NCBI RefSeq assembly: GCF_006345805.1
Contig: NW_021834477.1
Span: forward strand, 1-48,376
Direction of reading: 5' to 3'
DNA from: Octopus sinensis
Lineage: Eukaryota
Length of the DNA stretch: 48,376 bases
Shown: piece by piece, positions 24,150-37,419 of the stretch
Layout: each line of letters begins with the position of its first letter
How positions within the stretch are numbered: the first letter of the stretch is position 1
The notes under the pieces: model-generated
The model's input: only the letters and a program-made list of their open reading frames with translations
The model's database searches: none
Told to the model about the DNA's origin: nothing
Program-made: the position numbers and the translations under genes

Positions 24150-25620
24150 TGAAGAGAGATGCAAAATGCAATAGAAAATAAAAAGAGAGATAGAGACGAT
24201 TGAACGTGGTGTTGAGAGAGGTGGGGGATGAGAGAGAATCATAAGGGAGGAGGAGGAGGTTATTCATAATACTAGCGAGCAGACGAGCATGTATTGGGAG
24301 ATAGAGTAGAAGGAATTGAGAAAGGAGAGATAGTGAGAGGAGAGAAAGAGTGCAATACATGTGGAGATGGTAAACATATAGAGAATCATATGCAGAGACT
24401 GAAAGAGATATAGTACACGTAGTCCGCAGAGAGAGAGAGGGGGGGAGAGAGGGGAGATAAAAAGAGTAAGAAAGAAGAATAAAATGCTGAGAGACTATAA
24501 GTGTAATACTACTGACAGTAATATTGAAAGTAGACAGTACATAAGAAAGAGAGAGATAAAAAGAGACAGAGGTACACAGACTGTCAGAGAGATAAAGAGG
24601 GAGAGACTGAGAGATATAGAAGGGAACGTAGAGAGATGAGAAGTGAGAGAAAGAAAGAAACAGATAAAGAGAGACAGACAGAAAGAGAGACAGAGAGAGA
24701 AATGCAAAAATTGAGAGAGTTTCATATATATATATATATATATATAAAGAAAGAGAGATATGGAGAGATAACGAGAGGGATAGACAGACAGACGACAGAA
24801 TGATAAAAAGAGAGAGATAAGAGAGACACAGAGAGAATAAAGGGAGAGAGAGACACACATGCAGACAGATAAGCAGTTAGGCAAAGACAAGGAGACACGG
24901 AGAGATAAAGAGAGAAAGCGACAAAGTGATAAAGAGCGAGAGAGAGAGAGGGAGATAATAAGAAACAGAGAGAGAGAAATAAAGACCGAGAGGCAGAGGA
25001 ATAATGAGAGAAGGAGAAAGAAAGAGGGAGAAAGAGTGAGCCTAAGAGATAAGGACAGAGAGATAAAGAGTGACAGAGAAAAAAACTGGAAAAGAAAATA
25101 GAAACGTTATATACAATGAGAGGGAGAGAGAGAGAGAGAAATACATACATAGAGAGAGAGAGAGAGAGAGAGAGAAATACATACATAGAGAGAGAGAGAG
25201 AGAGAAATACATACATAGAGAGAGAGAGAAATACATACATAGAGAGGAGAGAGAGAAATACATACATAGAGAGAGAAATACAATAGAGTGAGAGAGAGAA
25301 ATACATACATAGAGAGAGAGAGAAATACAAGAGAGAGAGAGAAAAATAGATAGATAGAGAGAGAGAGAGAGAGAATACAAGAGAGAAAGGCATGTATGCA
25401 GACACACAGATACAGACAACACAAAAGGGAGAAGGGTAAGAAAAAGAGACTAAGAGGGAACATAGGGGGAGTATAAGGGAGAGAGAGAAAGAGAAAGAGA
25501 GAGAGAGAGAGGAAAAAAAGAAGAGAGACGCTTTGGGACTAGCAAAAAAAAAAAAGAAAGAAAATAATGAAATAAAAACAGCAAGCGAAAAGGAAAAAGT
25601 AGAAAATGAGAAAAGAATGA
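24150..25620. repeat. About 1.5-kb GA-rich polypurine tract, including (GA)n-AATACATACATA units at about 25125-25340
   Basis: Direct reading; extreme strand asymmetry. Confidence 0.9.
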
Positions 25621-25944
25621 AACGAATTGAAAGTGAGCATTAATTTGTATCGATTTCTTGAAAACTAATCGATCTGGCGAAGCGAAGCATATCAAGTACC
25701 CACAGCTGTAGTTGGTAAATATTTAAATATTTATTGTGGATTTGTAGTGGAGTGCGAAAAGATAGCGAAGGGGCGTATTGAGTGGTTTAGTATGCTAGTA
25801 ATCACCCAGACCTAGAGCAGACACGCACGCACGCACACAAGCACACAGACACAAGCGCTCAGACACACACACACACATACAGACATACACACACACATAC
25901 AGACATACACACACACGTGTACAGACGCATACATACATATACAG

Positions 25945-26055
25945 CTAGACAAACATACATTAACCCTGACGAACTCAGAGGTTCGTTTTCACGAGTCTAC
26001 GATACGTTGAGCTGTGGAGAGAAGATCAAATTGTTATTAAATGACGTTCTAATGT
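25945..26055 (+). CDS. Candidate exon, RQTYINPDELRGSFSRVYDTLSCGEKIKLLLNDVLM (phase 1-1)
   Basis: Unique open island between microsatellites, donor GTgagc at 26056, weak acceptor tacAG. Confidence 0.3.
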
Positions 26056-26058
26056 GTG

Positions 26059-26126
<68 letters not shown>

Positions 26127-26341
26127 TGTGTGTGAGTGTGTGTGCGTATGTGTGTGTATACACCTATGCATGTACATACATGCATACATTCATATACTTA
26201 CATATACCTATATATACACAGGCAAATACATATACATGTATTACATTTTATAGAAAGCTAGGTAGATAGACAGACAGACAGATAGACAGATAGATATGTA
26301 GGTAGATAGGTATGTAGGTAGGTAGGTAGGTAGGTAGGTAT

Positions 26342-26426
<85 letters not shown>

Positions 26427-26453
26427 CAGATAGATAGGGAAGGAGACATTGAT

Positions 26454-26486
<33 letters not shown>

Positions 26487-26525
26487 GACAGCCAGGCAGA
26501 CAGACAGACATACAGATAGATAGAC

Positions 26526-26578
<53 letters not shown>

Positions 26579-26850
26579 CATACATACATACATACATACA
26601 TACATAGACAATTAGATATATACATAATATATGGATGTAGATATATATATACATGCATACACATACATCTGCTTACGTACATCTATACATATATACATAC
26701 ACATATATAGATGTATATCTATATGTGACTGTGTGGGTGTATGTATATATTCTAAATTATTGGGTTTTAATTGCTTTTGCCATATACCGTATTTAATATA
26801 CCATAATATTAATTTATCCTTATAATATCTTATTCTATGTATGTATATGC

Positions 26851-26885
<35 letters not shown>

Positions 26886-26903
26886 ATATATATATATATC
26901 TCC

Positions 26904-26938
<35 letters not shown>

Positions 26939-27378
26939 ATATATATGTATCTATGGTATGTATATGTAGTATATATGTATGTATATTTTATATCTATATA
27001 TATATATATGTGTATATATATATTATATATATATAATATATGTATGTATGTGCAGTGTGTGTGTGTGTGTGTGTGGTGTGTATACAGGTTTGGGATTGGT
27101 GATGCAGTTGGGTAAAGCAGAACTAAAATTATGAGAATATGTATATTTTCTTTATTAATATTTATCAGAAGCAACTTAATGACGAGACGGCCAAACATTG
27201 ACATATTTGCGTGACAATCCTTATATACACACACACACACACACACAAATACGTACATTTCTACTAGTTTATGAATACTTTAACGAGCCACTTATGGTGA
27301 GGTGTACCTTCCCTGAGAAAAATAATCTTTAATATTTGCATTTTCTCTCGGTATGCAGCATATATTAAATTATAGATT

Positions 27379-27810
27379 AAGGCAGCAAGTAAGCAGAGCT
27401 GTTAGCACGCCGAATAAAATATTTAACGGCATTTCGTCCGTTTTCACGTTCTGAGTTCAAATTCCGCCAAGGTCGACATGGCCTTTCATCCGATAAATTA
27501 AGTACTAGTTACGTACTGGGGTCGATATAATCGACTTAATATCTTTGTCTGTCCTTGTTTGTCCCCTCTATGTTTAACCCCTTGTGGGCAATAAAGAATT
27601 AAGAAACGTTAACACGCCGGGCGAAATAATTAGCGGTAATTCATCTGCCGTTACGTTCTGAGTTCAAATTCCACCAAGGTTGACTTTGCCTTTCATCCTT
27701 TCAGGGTCGATAAATTAAGTACCAGTTACGCACTGGGGTCGATGTAATCGACAAAACCCTTGCTCCAAAATATCAGGTCTTGTGCCTATAGTAGACAAGA
27801 TTATTATTAA
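27379..27810 (+). mobile_element. Two tandem family A SINE units
   Basis: Two successive gttctgagttcaaattcc..gtcgataaattaagtac units with different tails. Confidence 0.85.
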
Positions 27811-28074
27811 GTCAGCGAGCTTTCAGCATCGTTGACACACCGGACAAAATGCTTCGCGACCGTTTTTCCGGCTTTATATTATAAGTTCAAACTTTGCTGG
27901 GATCGACTTAGCCTTCGATCTTATCGAGGTCGAGAAAATAAGCTCCAATTGATCACCAGGATCTAACTAATCGACTTCCACAATATTTCGGGCCCTCAGC
28001 CAACAGTAAACAGAATATCAAATAACATATTTTTGTTTTCGATTCCCAGGCCGGGCGTTGTGTGTGTGTGTTTA

Positions 28075-28275
28075 TAAAGCTCCACGAGGCTCCAGTAGTG
28101 GGTGGTGGCGGCCCCTGTTGTACTCTTTCGCCCTAACTTTCTCTCACTCTTTCTTCCTGTTTCTTGAGTAACGCTGCGATTGACTGGCGTCCCGTCCAGC
28201 TAGGGGGTACACATACGCCACAGAAACCGGGAAATCGGGCCCATGAGCCTGGCTAGGCTTGAAAAGGGCGCATAA
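28075..28275 (+). mobile_element. SINE family D body and tail (V-domain-like gactggcgtcccgtccag)
   Basis: Homologous to 45945-46142 and 43070-43252. V-domain similarity is from recall. Confidence 0.7.
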
Positions 28276-28344
28276 ATAAATAAAATTTTTGTTTTATTTA
28301 TTTATATGGAAAAATGGACGTTGAATTACGATAAGAACTTTTAG

Positions 28345-28422
28345 AGACTTCGACAGCGGGCTTCAAATTTGATTGTGGTTGAGTATTTAACCATCTTCGC
28401 TATGTGTAGCCAGTTTCGTTCT
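28345..28422 (+). CDS. Candidate exon, RLRQRASNLIVVEYLTIFAMCSQFRS (phase 0-0)
   Basis: Acceptor cttttAG, perfect donor GTaagt at 28423. Confidence 0.3.
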
Positions 28423-28440
28423 GTAAGTAACGTAGATAAA

Positions 28441-28897
28441 GGCTGGCGTGACCGTGTGGTATGAAGCTTACTTCCAAACCACATAGTTCCGGGTTCAGTT
28501 CCACCGCATGGCTTTTTCGGCGAGTGTCATCTACTTTGGCCCCGGGCCGATCAAAATGTGGTAAGTGGATTTGATAGACGGATACTGAAAGAAGCCCGTC
28601 GCATGAATGTATGTGTGTGTGAGTGTGTGTGTGTGTCTTTGTGCCTGTGTTTGTGCCCCACCACGATCACGACCACAACCGCTTGGTAACAGGTGGTGGT
28701 GTGTTTATATGTCCCCTTAACTTAGTTGTTCGGCCAAAAAGGGACGATGGAATAAGTACCTGGCTTCAAAAGAAACAAAGTACTGGGATGGATAGATTCG
28801 ACTAAAAATTCTTCAAAGAATAAGTCCCGGGGTCGATTTGCTCGACTAAAGGGGGTGCTCCAGCATGGCCTGAGTCTAATAAGTGAAACGAGTAAAA
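28441..28897 (+). mobile_element. SINE family B (older variant)
   Basis: Tail-to-tail with the next copy. Confidence 0.8.
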
Positions 28898-28907
28898 CAC
28901 AAATAAA

Positions 28908-29318
28908 ACTCTTTTACTCTTTTACTTGTTTCAGTCATTTGACTGCGGCCATGCTGGAGCACCACCTTTAGTCGAGCAAATCGACCCCGGGACTTATTCT
29001 TTGTAAGCCCAGTACTTATTCTATCGGTCACTTTTGCCGAACCGCTAAGTGACGGGGACGTAAACACACCAGCATCGGTTGTCAAGCAATGCTAGTGGGA
29101 CAAACACAGACACACAAATACACACACATACATATATAGATATATGCATATATACGACAGGCTTCTTTCAGTTTCCGTCTACCAAATCCACTCACAAGGC
29201 ATTGGTCGGACCGGGGCTATAGCAGAAGGCACTTGCCCAAGATGCCATGCAGCGGGACTGAACCCGGAACCATGTGGTTGGTTAGCAAGCTACTTACCAC
29301 ACAGCCACTCCTGCGCCT
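28908..29318 (-). mobile_element. SINE family B
   Basis: Similarity to the other B copies. Confidence 0.9.
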
Positions 29319-29854
29319 CAAAACGTGTGGTTCTAATGTATTTCGAACGTTGGTCGGCAATTTCAAAGCTAACCTTCGATTAAAAGTCACTAACAAGAAC
29401 AACGACCAAACACACACACGCGCTTGCACACTCGTACTCTGTGTGTGTGTGTGTGTGTATGTGTGCGTGTGTGTGTGTGTGCATGTGTGCGTGTGTGTAT
29501 GTGTATGCGTGCGCGTAGTGTATGTGTGTTTGTGTATAATCAATGTGCGTGTGTGTGTGTTTTCCGATCGTAAATATTAAAATGTTCCATACGGGTTTGT
29601 TGATAAAACTCTGCGACACACACAAACACAGCACACACGAGTTTATTGATAACTTGATAATTAAATGCAATGCCTTTTTTTTTCCTTTTATTTTATGCTT
29701 TTATTTATCTATGCATTTATTTATTTATTCATTTATTTGACGCAAGTCGAAAAGAATCAATGTACAGATTTAAATAAATCATTATTCTTAAGTCGGCAGT
29801 GACGTACATGGAAACAATGCATGCATACACATACGCGTGTGCGCATACATATAC

Positions 29855-30510
29855 ACACACGCACACACAAATACACACAGACACACACAAACACACACAC
29901 ACACACAAATACACACAGACACACACAAACACACACACGCACACAAATACAATACACACAACACACCCAAACACACAACACACACAAATACACCAGACAC
30001 ACACAAACACACACACGCACACAAATACACACAGACACACACAAACACACACACGCACACAAATACACACAGACACACACAAACACACACACGCACACAA
30101 ATACACACAGACACACACAAACACACACACGCACACAAATACACACAGACACACACAAACACACACACGCACACAAATACACACAGACACACACAAACAC
30201 ACACACGCACACAAATACACACAGACACACACAAACACACACACGCACACAAATACACACAGACACACACAAACACACACACACACACAAATACACACAG
30301 ACACACACAAACACACACACGCACACAAATACACACAGACACACACAAACACACACACACACAAATACACACAGACACACACAAACACACACACACACAC
30401 AAATACACACAGACACACACAAACACACACACGCACACAAATACACACAGACACACACAAACACACACACACACACAAATACACACAGACACACACAAAC
30501 ACACACACGC
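29855..30510. repeat. 38-bp minisatellite, about 17 copies (aaatacacacagacacacacaaacacacacacgcacac)
   Basis: Higher-order unit built on CA repeats. Followed by (GAGAGTGAAAGA)-type units at 30570-30745. Confidence 0.9.
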
Positions 30511-30970
30511 ACATGCACACAGTTTCTTTATTTGTTTTACTTCATGTGTGTGTGTGTGTATGCGCATAGAGAGAGAGAGAGAGTGAAAGAGAGAGAGAGT
30601 GAAAGAGAGAGAGAGTGAAAGAGAGAGAGAGTGAAAGAGAGAGAGAGTGAAAGAGAGAGAGAGTGAAAGAGAGAGAGAGAGTGAAAGAGAGAGAGAGTGA
30701 AAGAGAGAGAGAGAGTGAAAGAGAGAGAGAGTGAAAGAGAGAGACAGACAGACAGACCGTTGTATGCATATATCCCAACATACATATATATATATAATAC
30801 AAAATGGGACAAGAACACAAAACATCCGGACAACTAGGTGATACAAAAAGGGACATCAAAACATCCAGATAGACGATACAAAAAGAACACGGACGGGGTC
30901 ATTCGAAGCTTTCTATCCTCAGTCAAGCACATATATATGTATATATGTGTGTGTGTGTAGATAGATTGCT

Positions 30971-31302
30971 AAGACCCCCTTCGGTCATGACTGACCATGG
31001 GATTGCACCTAGGAAGTTACCCTCCCAGGCACAAGTCCAAGCAAGGCTGTTGATGGAAAACTAGCAATCGCCCATGCATATCGGCCTCCCCTCTCCATGC
31101 CACCAGTGTTATCCAAGGGAAAGGTAAAGGCCGATATAGCTTGGTACATGTGAAGTCGCAACTCATTTCTACAGCTGAGTGAACTGGAGCAACGTGAAAT
31201 AAAGTGTCTTGCTCCAGATCACAACCCGCAGCCCGGTCCGGGATTCGAACTCACAACCTCACGATCGTAAAATCGATGCTCTAACCACTGAGCCATGCGC
31301 TT
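30971..31302 (-). mobile_element. SINE family C
   Basis: Reverse complement of 21522-21861. Confidence 0.88.
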
Positions 31303-31550
31303 TCATACCAGATAGAAAGATATAAAATTCCAAAAGTTTCTTTAGAAAAGCATAGAAGGCATGGAAGTGCTCGAGTCAAAAGACGCTACACAAGTAGAAG
31401 AGATACAGAGGAGAGGTTCAACTCAGGCAGACTACGAGTGGTGTATGCATATACGGATCTAATATGATAGAGTTGTCTGAAACATATGTTAATACATTCG
31501 GATTATAAATATAGAGAGATGTTATAAGATGAATATAAAGATTTGATGTT

Positions 31551-32517
31551 AAAAATATGCAAGGACAAATAAATATATAGATATGTAAACATAATAGAGT
31601 ATAGATAAAAATATAGATAAGAATAATGAAATATAGTAAGGCATTTTTTTTTTAAGTTCAAAATAAATTACGAGGGAATTCATGATAATGATATGGGACT
31701 CGTAATAATTTCCATAATTTATATGAGTCCTATATAAAATATAAATTAATTAATACTTGCAAAACCATATAATACATTTCTACTTGTACTTGTGACGGCG
31801 TTCACCCAGGGTGGGTTGGGCCGCCTTCTTCTCTGTTCTTAACGGCATCACGAACCATGGCGGCCCACGCTCGACGGTCCTGTACGAGGTCATTGGAGAT
31901 AGCGAGCCATTCGCGGTTCCATCTGCGCAGACCGACCACCTGCGGGCCTGAGAGTTCGGAGAGGTCCTCCTTTATCGTCGTTGCCCAGGTCTTCAGCTGC
32001 CCACCTGTGCGTTTGCACCAGTTGGGAAGTGGAGGTGGGAGGAGGACATCGCGAATCAGCTCACCCTCTGGACGCCAGGCTGCATGGCCGAACCACCTTA
32101 AGCACCGTTGTAGAAGCACCGAAGGGAGGGGCCAGAGATTCAGGTGATGACGAAGACCGGCTGTAGGAACCCGATCAATGCGTCGGTAGCGAAGAATGCG
32201 GCGGAAACAATGCATTTCTAGCGCAAACACTATTCTTTTCTTTTCCCCTGATGATGGGGGCATTCCTTTGAAATGATTCCTAAGATTCACATGTACTCTT
32301 TGAATGGAATCTAGAAACGATTGTCGTAATACTTCATTTCCTTTAAATGTGGTACCAAAAACTCTTTTTCAACATCTATTACTCCCTCCATTCCGTAATT
32401 TATTTTGAATTTTTAAAAGAAATGAATTTCTATATTTCATTGTTCTTATCTATATTTTTATCTATATTCTATTATATTTATATATCTATATATTTATTTG
32501 TCCTTGCTTATATTTTT
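31551..32517. mobile_element. Element bounded by about 122-bp inverted repeats (31551-31672 / 32394-32517)
   Basis: gcaaggacaaataaatatatagatat..aaaataaattacg is present in inverted orientation. Confidence 0.6.
31790..32230 (-). mobile_element. RTE-clade LINE ORF 3' fragment
   Basis: CFRRILR..RCLRWFGHAAWRPEG..GGQLKTWATTIKEDL..QDRRAWAAMV, typical of the RTE C-terminus. Confidence 0.85.
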
Positions 32518-32554
32518 ATGTATTTGAAACAAATGTATTATTTTGTACTGGAGA

Positions 32555-33060
32555 TCAACAGATGATATGGAACTTCTCTGTGAGACCTGTGTGATACAAT
32601 TTGTGATCCATTATAAAATTCCTGTACTTTATAAAATACTGTTCTACATATGGGTGCAGGTTCTTCTCTGCATCGTGATTTGCAATGTACTTTGAAAGTA
32701 GTGCGGTGTTTTTCTGTTATTAATAATGGAAGATGTTGATGCATGCTAGTTTTAAAAGAACGTTTTGTAATGCCTATTTGTCATGTTGGTGTTGTGCTAA
32801 AAAGGCCCATATCACTCGCCAGCGTAATGATATATGCCCAAATGCTACCTCAAGAACTTCAAAATACACGTATCCACCCCCATCTAGTGACGGATCGTAA
32901 ACAACAATTGATTATCTACATTGCTCAGATCGTCTACTATTAGCATATTACTTCCAAGCTCGTCGGCCTGTTCAGTTATCCAACTAAATAAAGTCGTAGT
33001 TAGGTTATCAGCTTTCTTAATGTCACAAAGATTAATCGCTCCATTCCCACACACACAGGC
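32555..33060 (-). pseudogene. Coding-like segment(s) of unknown origin
   Basis: Open stretches LFSWITEQADELGSNMLIVDDLSNVD, IVVYDPSLDGGGYVYFEVLE and KNTALLSKYIANHDAEKNLHPYVEQYFIKYRNFIMDHKLYHTG in different frames. Confidence 0.25.
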
Positions 33061-33329
33061 GAAAATACGCATTCATGCATACATCATACGTAAACATATA
33101 CGCTTACGCGCGCGTATATGCGTGAATATAATCGCAGATGAAAGAAAAGCAGAGGGTCGAGGAGGGAGGGAGAGAGAGGCATGGCTGTGTGATTAAGAAG
33201 TTCTCTTCACAACTACTTAGATTCAGGTTCATTTCCACTGAGCGCTACCTTCCCTTGTAGCCCTGGGTTCGGGACGGCCAGTGCCCCGAGAGTAAATTTG
33301 GTGACCAGGAAATGTGTGGAACACCGTTG

Positions 33330-33361
<32 letters not shown>

Positions 33362-33372
33362 TATTTGTATGT

Positions 33373-33459
<87 letters not shown>

Positions 33460-34077
33460 GTATGTATGTACGTGTCTTAGTTTTTGTGACCCCTCCACGC
33501 ATTCATAACCGGAGCTGGTTTGTTTACATCCCCGTAACAAAGTGGTTCGCTGAAAAGAGCCCGAGGGAATATGCACTAGACTTTAAAATACAATTATAGC
33601 GTTTTATGGACGTAGTCCAATATCTCAAACAAGTAAAACAGTAACAATACATAGTAGAACATCATCACATACAGGTGCGTGCGTTCGTGCGTGTATGTGT
33701 GTATGTGTGTGAATATTTATGTGTGTGAATATTTATGTGTGTATGCGAGTGACAGAGAGGGTGGGAAGAGAAGATTTTCACGGAGGGGATACTGTTTCAG
33801 TTAATATTACCAAAACATCGTCAGATTTGTTACAAGATATTTCGTGCGTATAGCGAGCATAAACTTGTCTTTTGAACGCGTTTTATCGCTCATATATCAT
33901 TGTATCAGCGAAACTGTTGCAATTTCCCCGAAATATAGTTTTCCTTCAAACAAAATTACCATTACCATTTCATTTTATAGATGTAACTTATATATTTTCG
34001 ATTCTATCATTTCCACTACTGTCACAGAAAAGAAAATTGACTGTCTATGAATAAATTACTTTCAATATTTCAATATT

Positions 34078-35442
34078 AAGGTGAAGCGGGGAGCTGGGAG
34101 AATCGTTGGCACGCTGACCTAAATTCTTAGCAGCATTTCGTCGGTCTTTATGTTCTGAGTTCAAATTCTGCCAAGGTCGACTTTGCCTTTTATTTTTTCC
34201 GGGTCGATAAATTAAGTACCAATTGCGTATTGGGGTTGATCTAATCGACTGGCCTCCTCCCCCAAAATTTCGGGCCTTGTGCCTAGAGTAGATAAGAATG
34301 TGTTTAAGGCGGCGCGCTGGCAGAAATGTTAACACGCCGGGCGAAATGCGTAGCCGTATTTCGTCTGCCGTTACGTTCTGAGTTCAAATTCCGCCGAGGT
34401 CGACTTTGCCTTTCATCCTTTCGGAGTCGATTAAATATGTACCAGTTACGCACTGGGGTTGAAATATTCCACTTAATCCGTTTGCCTGTCCTTGTTTGTC
34501 CTCTTTGTGTTTAGCCCCTTGTGGGTAGTAAAGAAATAGGTATTTCGCCAGTCTTTACGTTCTGAGTTCAAATTCCACCGAGGTCGACTCTGCCTTTTAT
34601 TTTTTCGGGGTCGATAAATTAAGCACCAGTTACGTATTGGGTTCGATCTAATTGACTGGCCTCCTCCCCCAAAATTTCGGGCCTTGTGCCTAGAGTTTGT
34701 CTGTCCTTGTTTGTCCTCTCTATGTTTAGCCCCTTGTGGGTAGTAGAGAAATAGGTATTTCGTCTGTCTTAACGTTCTGAGTTCAAATTCCGCCGAGGTC
34801 GACTTTACTTTTCATCCTTTCAGGGTCGATTAAATAAGTACCAGTTACGCACTGGGGTTCATATAATCGACTTAACCCGTTTGTCTGTCTTTGTTTGTCC
34901 TCTCTGTGTTTAGCCCCTTGTGGATAGTAAATAAACAGGTATTTCGTCTGCCGCTACATTCTGAGTTCAAATTCCGCCAAGGTCGACTTTGCCTTTCTTC
35001 TTTTCGGGGTCGATAAATTAAGCACCAGTTACGTATTGGGTTCGATCTAATTGACTGGCCTGCTCCCCCAAAATTTCGGGCCTTGTGCCTAGAGTAGAAA
35101 AGAATGTTTTTAAGGCATCGAGCAGGCAGAAACGCTTGCACGCCGGCCGAAATGCACACCGGTATTTCGTCCGTCTTTATGTTCTGAGTTCAAATTCTGC
35201 CGAGGTCGATCTTGCCTTTTATCTTCTCGGTGACGATAAATTAAGTACCAGTTGCGTATTTGGTCGATCTAATCGACTGGCCCCCTACCCAAAAATTGCG
35301 GGCCTTGTGCCTAGACTAGAAAATAATATGTTACTATTAAGGTAAAGCGGCGAGGTGGCAGAATCGTTAGCATGCTGAGCTAAATGCTTAGCAGCATTTC
35401 GTCTGTCTTGGGTCGAATTTGCTTTTCATCCTTCCGGGGTCA

Positions 35443-35443
<1 letters not shown>
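34078..35443 (+). mobile_element. Head-to-tail array of about 7 family A SINE units
   Basis: Recurrent gttctgagttcaaattc core about every 200 bp, two tail types, repeated junction aagaaata|ggtatttcg. Confidence 0.9.
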
Positions 35444-35474
<31 letters not shown>

Positions 35475-35594
35475 TGTCACCATGCTTGACCGCTAAATCC
35501 ACAAGTTTTTTTTTCTCTTATTCCTTTCTTTTGAAGAGCCCAGGCTCGAAACGTAAAATACTTTTTCACTTTCCCGAGCGACAGACTAATAAAC

Positions 35595-35892
35595 ATACAG
35601 CTGATCTCTGTGAGTAGATAAACAGTGAGGTTAAATCACTGATTTCTATTTGCGGAAGGGAGCTGAATAATACAAAAGCAAATGATATATTATTTGCACT
35701 GCCAAGCTAAATGGATATTCAGTAAACGTAAACATATAAATTATTTACACAGGAGTGCTGTGTGGTAAGTAGCGTGCGTACCAACCACATGGTTCCGAGT
35801 TCAGTTCCGGTCAAGTGTCTTCTACTATAGCCTCGGGTCGACCAAATCCTTGTAAGTGGATTTGGTAGACGGAAACGGAAAGAAGTCCTTCG

Positions 35893-35953
<61 letters not shown>

Positions 35954-36407
35954 TATGAATATTTAAGTAGGTGAATGAATTATCCTAGTATGGACATTCG
36001 GTTAACAATACCTGGGTAGCAAATTCACGATGAGAAGACGGCATATAGCACCCTTTATTCCTTCGTAATTAAGAGTATGCAGTCTTCGAAACATGTGTTG
36101 AGAGTAAAGGAATTTTGTTAAAATCTTCGTTCGACTCTTTTCATTTATTCATATATATATATACGTATATATACATATATTCCGGGCTCAGTGGAACTGA
36201 ACTCGGAACCATATGGTTGGTAAGCACGCTACTTACCACACAGCCACTCCTGTGTAAATAATTTATATGTTTACCTTTACTGAATATCCATTTAGCTTCG
36301 CAGTGCAAATAATATATCATTTGCTTTTGTATTATTCAGCTCCCTTCCGCAAATAAAATTCAGTGATTTAACTTCACTGTTTATTTACTCAGAGAGATCA
36401 GCTGTAT
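35595..36407. repeat. Local inverted duplication (arms 35595-35808 / 36193-36407)
   Basis: About 215-bp arms with high identity, including unique flank plus a SINE B head. Confidence 0.9.
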
Positions 36408-36409
36408 AC

Positions 36410-36817
36410 TCTTCTACTCTTCTCTTCTATTTGTTTCAGTCATTTGACTGCGGCCATGCTGGAGCACCGCCTTTAGTCGAGCAACTCGACCCCGGGACTT
36501 ATTCTTTTTGTAAGCCCAGTACTTATTCTATCGGTCTCTTTTTGCCGAACCGCTATGTTACGGGGACGTAAACACACCAGCATCGGTTGTCAAGCAATGC
36601 TAGGGGAACAAACACAGACACACAAACACACACACATACATATATATATACATATATACGACAGGTTTCTTTCAGTTTCCATCTACCAAATCCACTCACA
36701 AGGCATTGGTCGGCCCGGGGCTATAGCAGAAGACACTTGCCCAAGATGCCACGCAGTGGGACTGAACCCGGAACCATGTGGTTGGTTAGCAAGCTATTTA
36801 CCACACAGCCACTCCTG
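36410..36817 (-). mobile_element. SINE family B
   Basis: Similarity to the other B copies. Confidence 0.9.
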
Positions 36818-37419
36818 TATGTTTATTAAACGTTAACATGTAGATTCAATTGCAATTTATCCTCCACACAAACACACACACACACACACACACACGCGCG
36901 CGTTGTCTCAGTGTTAATATTATTAATTAACTAGCGCCGCCAATGTCTGTACGGAGATGTAAGTGAGTTCAATCAATGATTGTTTACCATAGCATTTGCT
37001 ATGGATAAGCAGCTATCTTTATCAATAGATCGAACGAGAGCGAAGACAGGATGAGCAGACAACAACCAGATGAAAGCAGTTGATTTATTATTATTTATTA
37101 TTATTATTTTTTTCTAAACATGTGAACTAGTTGACTTCTTGTCAACGTTTCTTTAGAAACGCAGTGCACGAAATAAAATAAAATTTGAATTAGTATTCGT
37201 AAAAGTAGGTGAACCATCAAATTTTTACATTGTAAGTCAAATCTATTTAAGAAAATAACCTGAACCGATGAAAATGACAGACGTTTGAAATAAAACGCAC
37301 AAGTTTACTGTAAAACTAAGGCAGTGTTATACCGCATGAAGGGTGATGTAGGGAGGCCACTGAAACCTACATATACAAAATATACAAGCGATTTCGAGGG
37401 GCCACAATGAAAAGAGATA

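Noticed and set aside
22798-26682. Many 100-260 aa Leu/Ser/Tyr/Cys-Val ORFs
   Set aside because: Microsatellite and polypurine translations.
29729-30846. Cluster of 250-350 aa ORFs on both strands
   Set aside because: Translations of the CA-based minisatellite and GA repeats.
30895-30925. CUGAGGA hammerhead-like motif on the minus strand (and a similar trace near 1605-1650)
   Set aside because: GAAA or stems are missing or incomplete; cannot be folded into a full core.
32930-32960. MLIVDD as a Walker B motif (Polinton ATPase or helicase)
   Set aside because: No Walker A motif or other supporting context seen.
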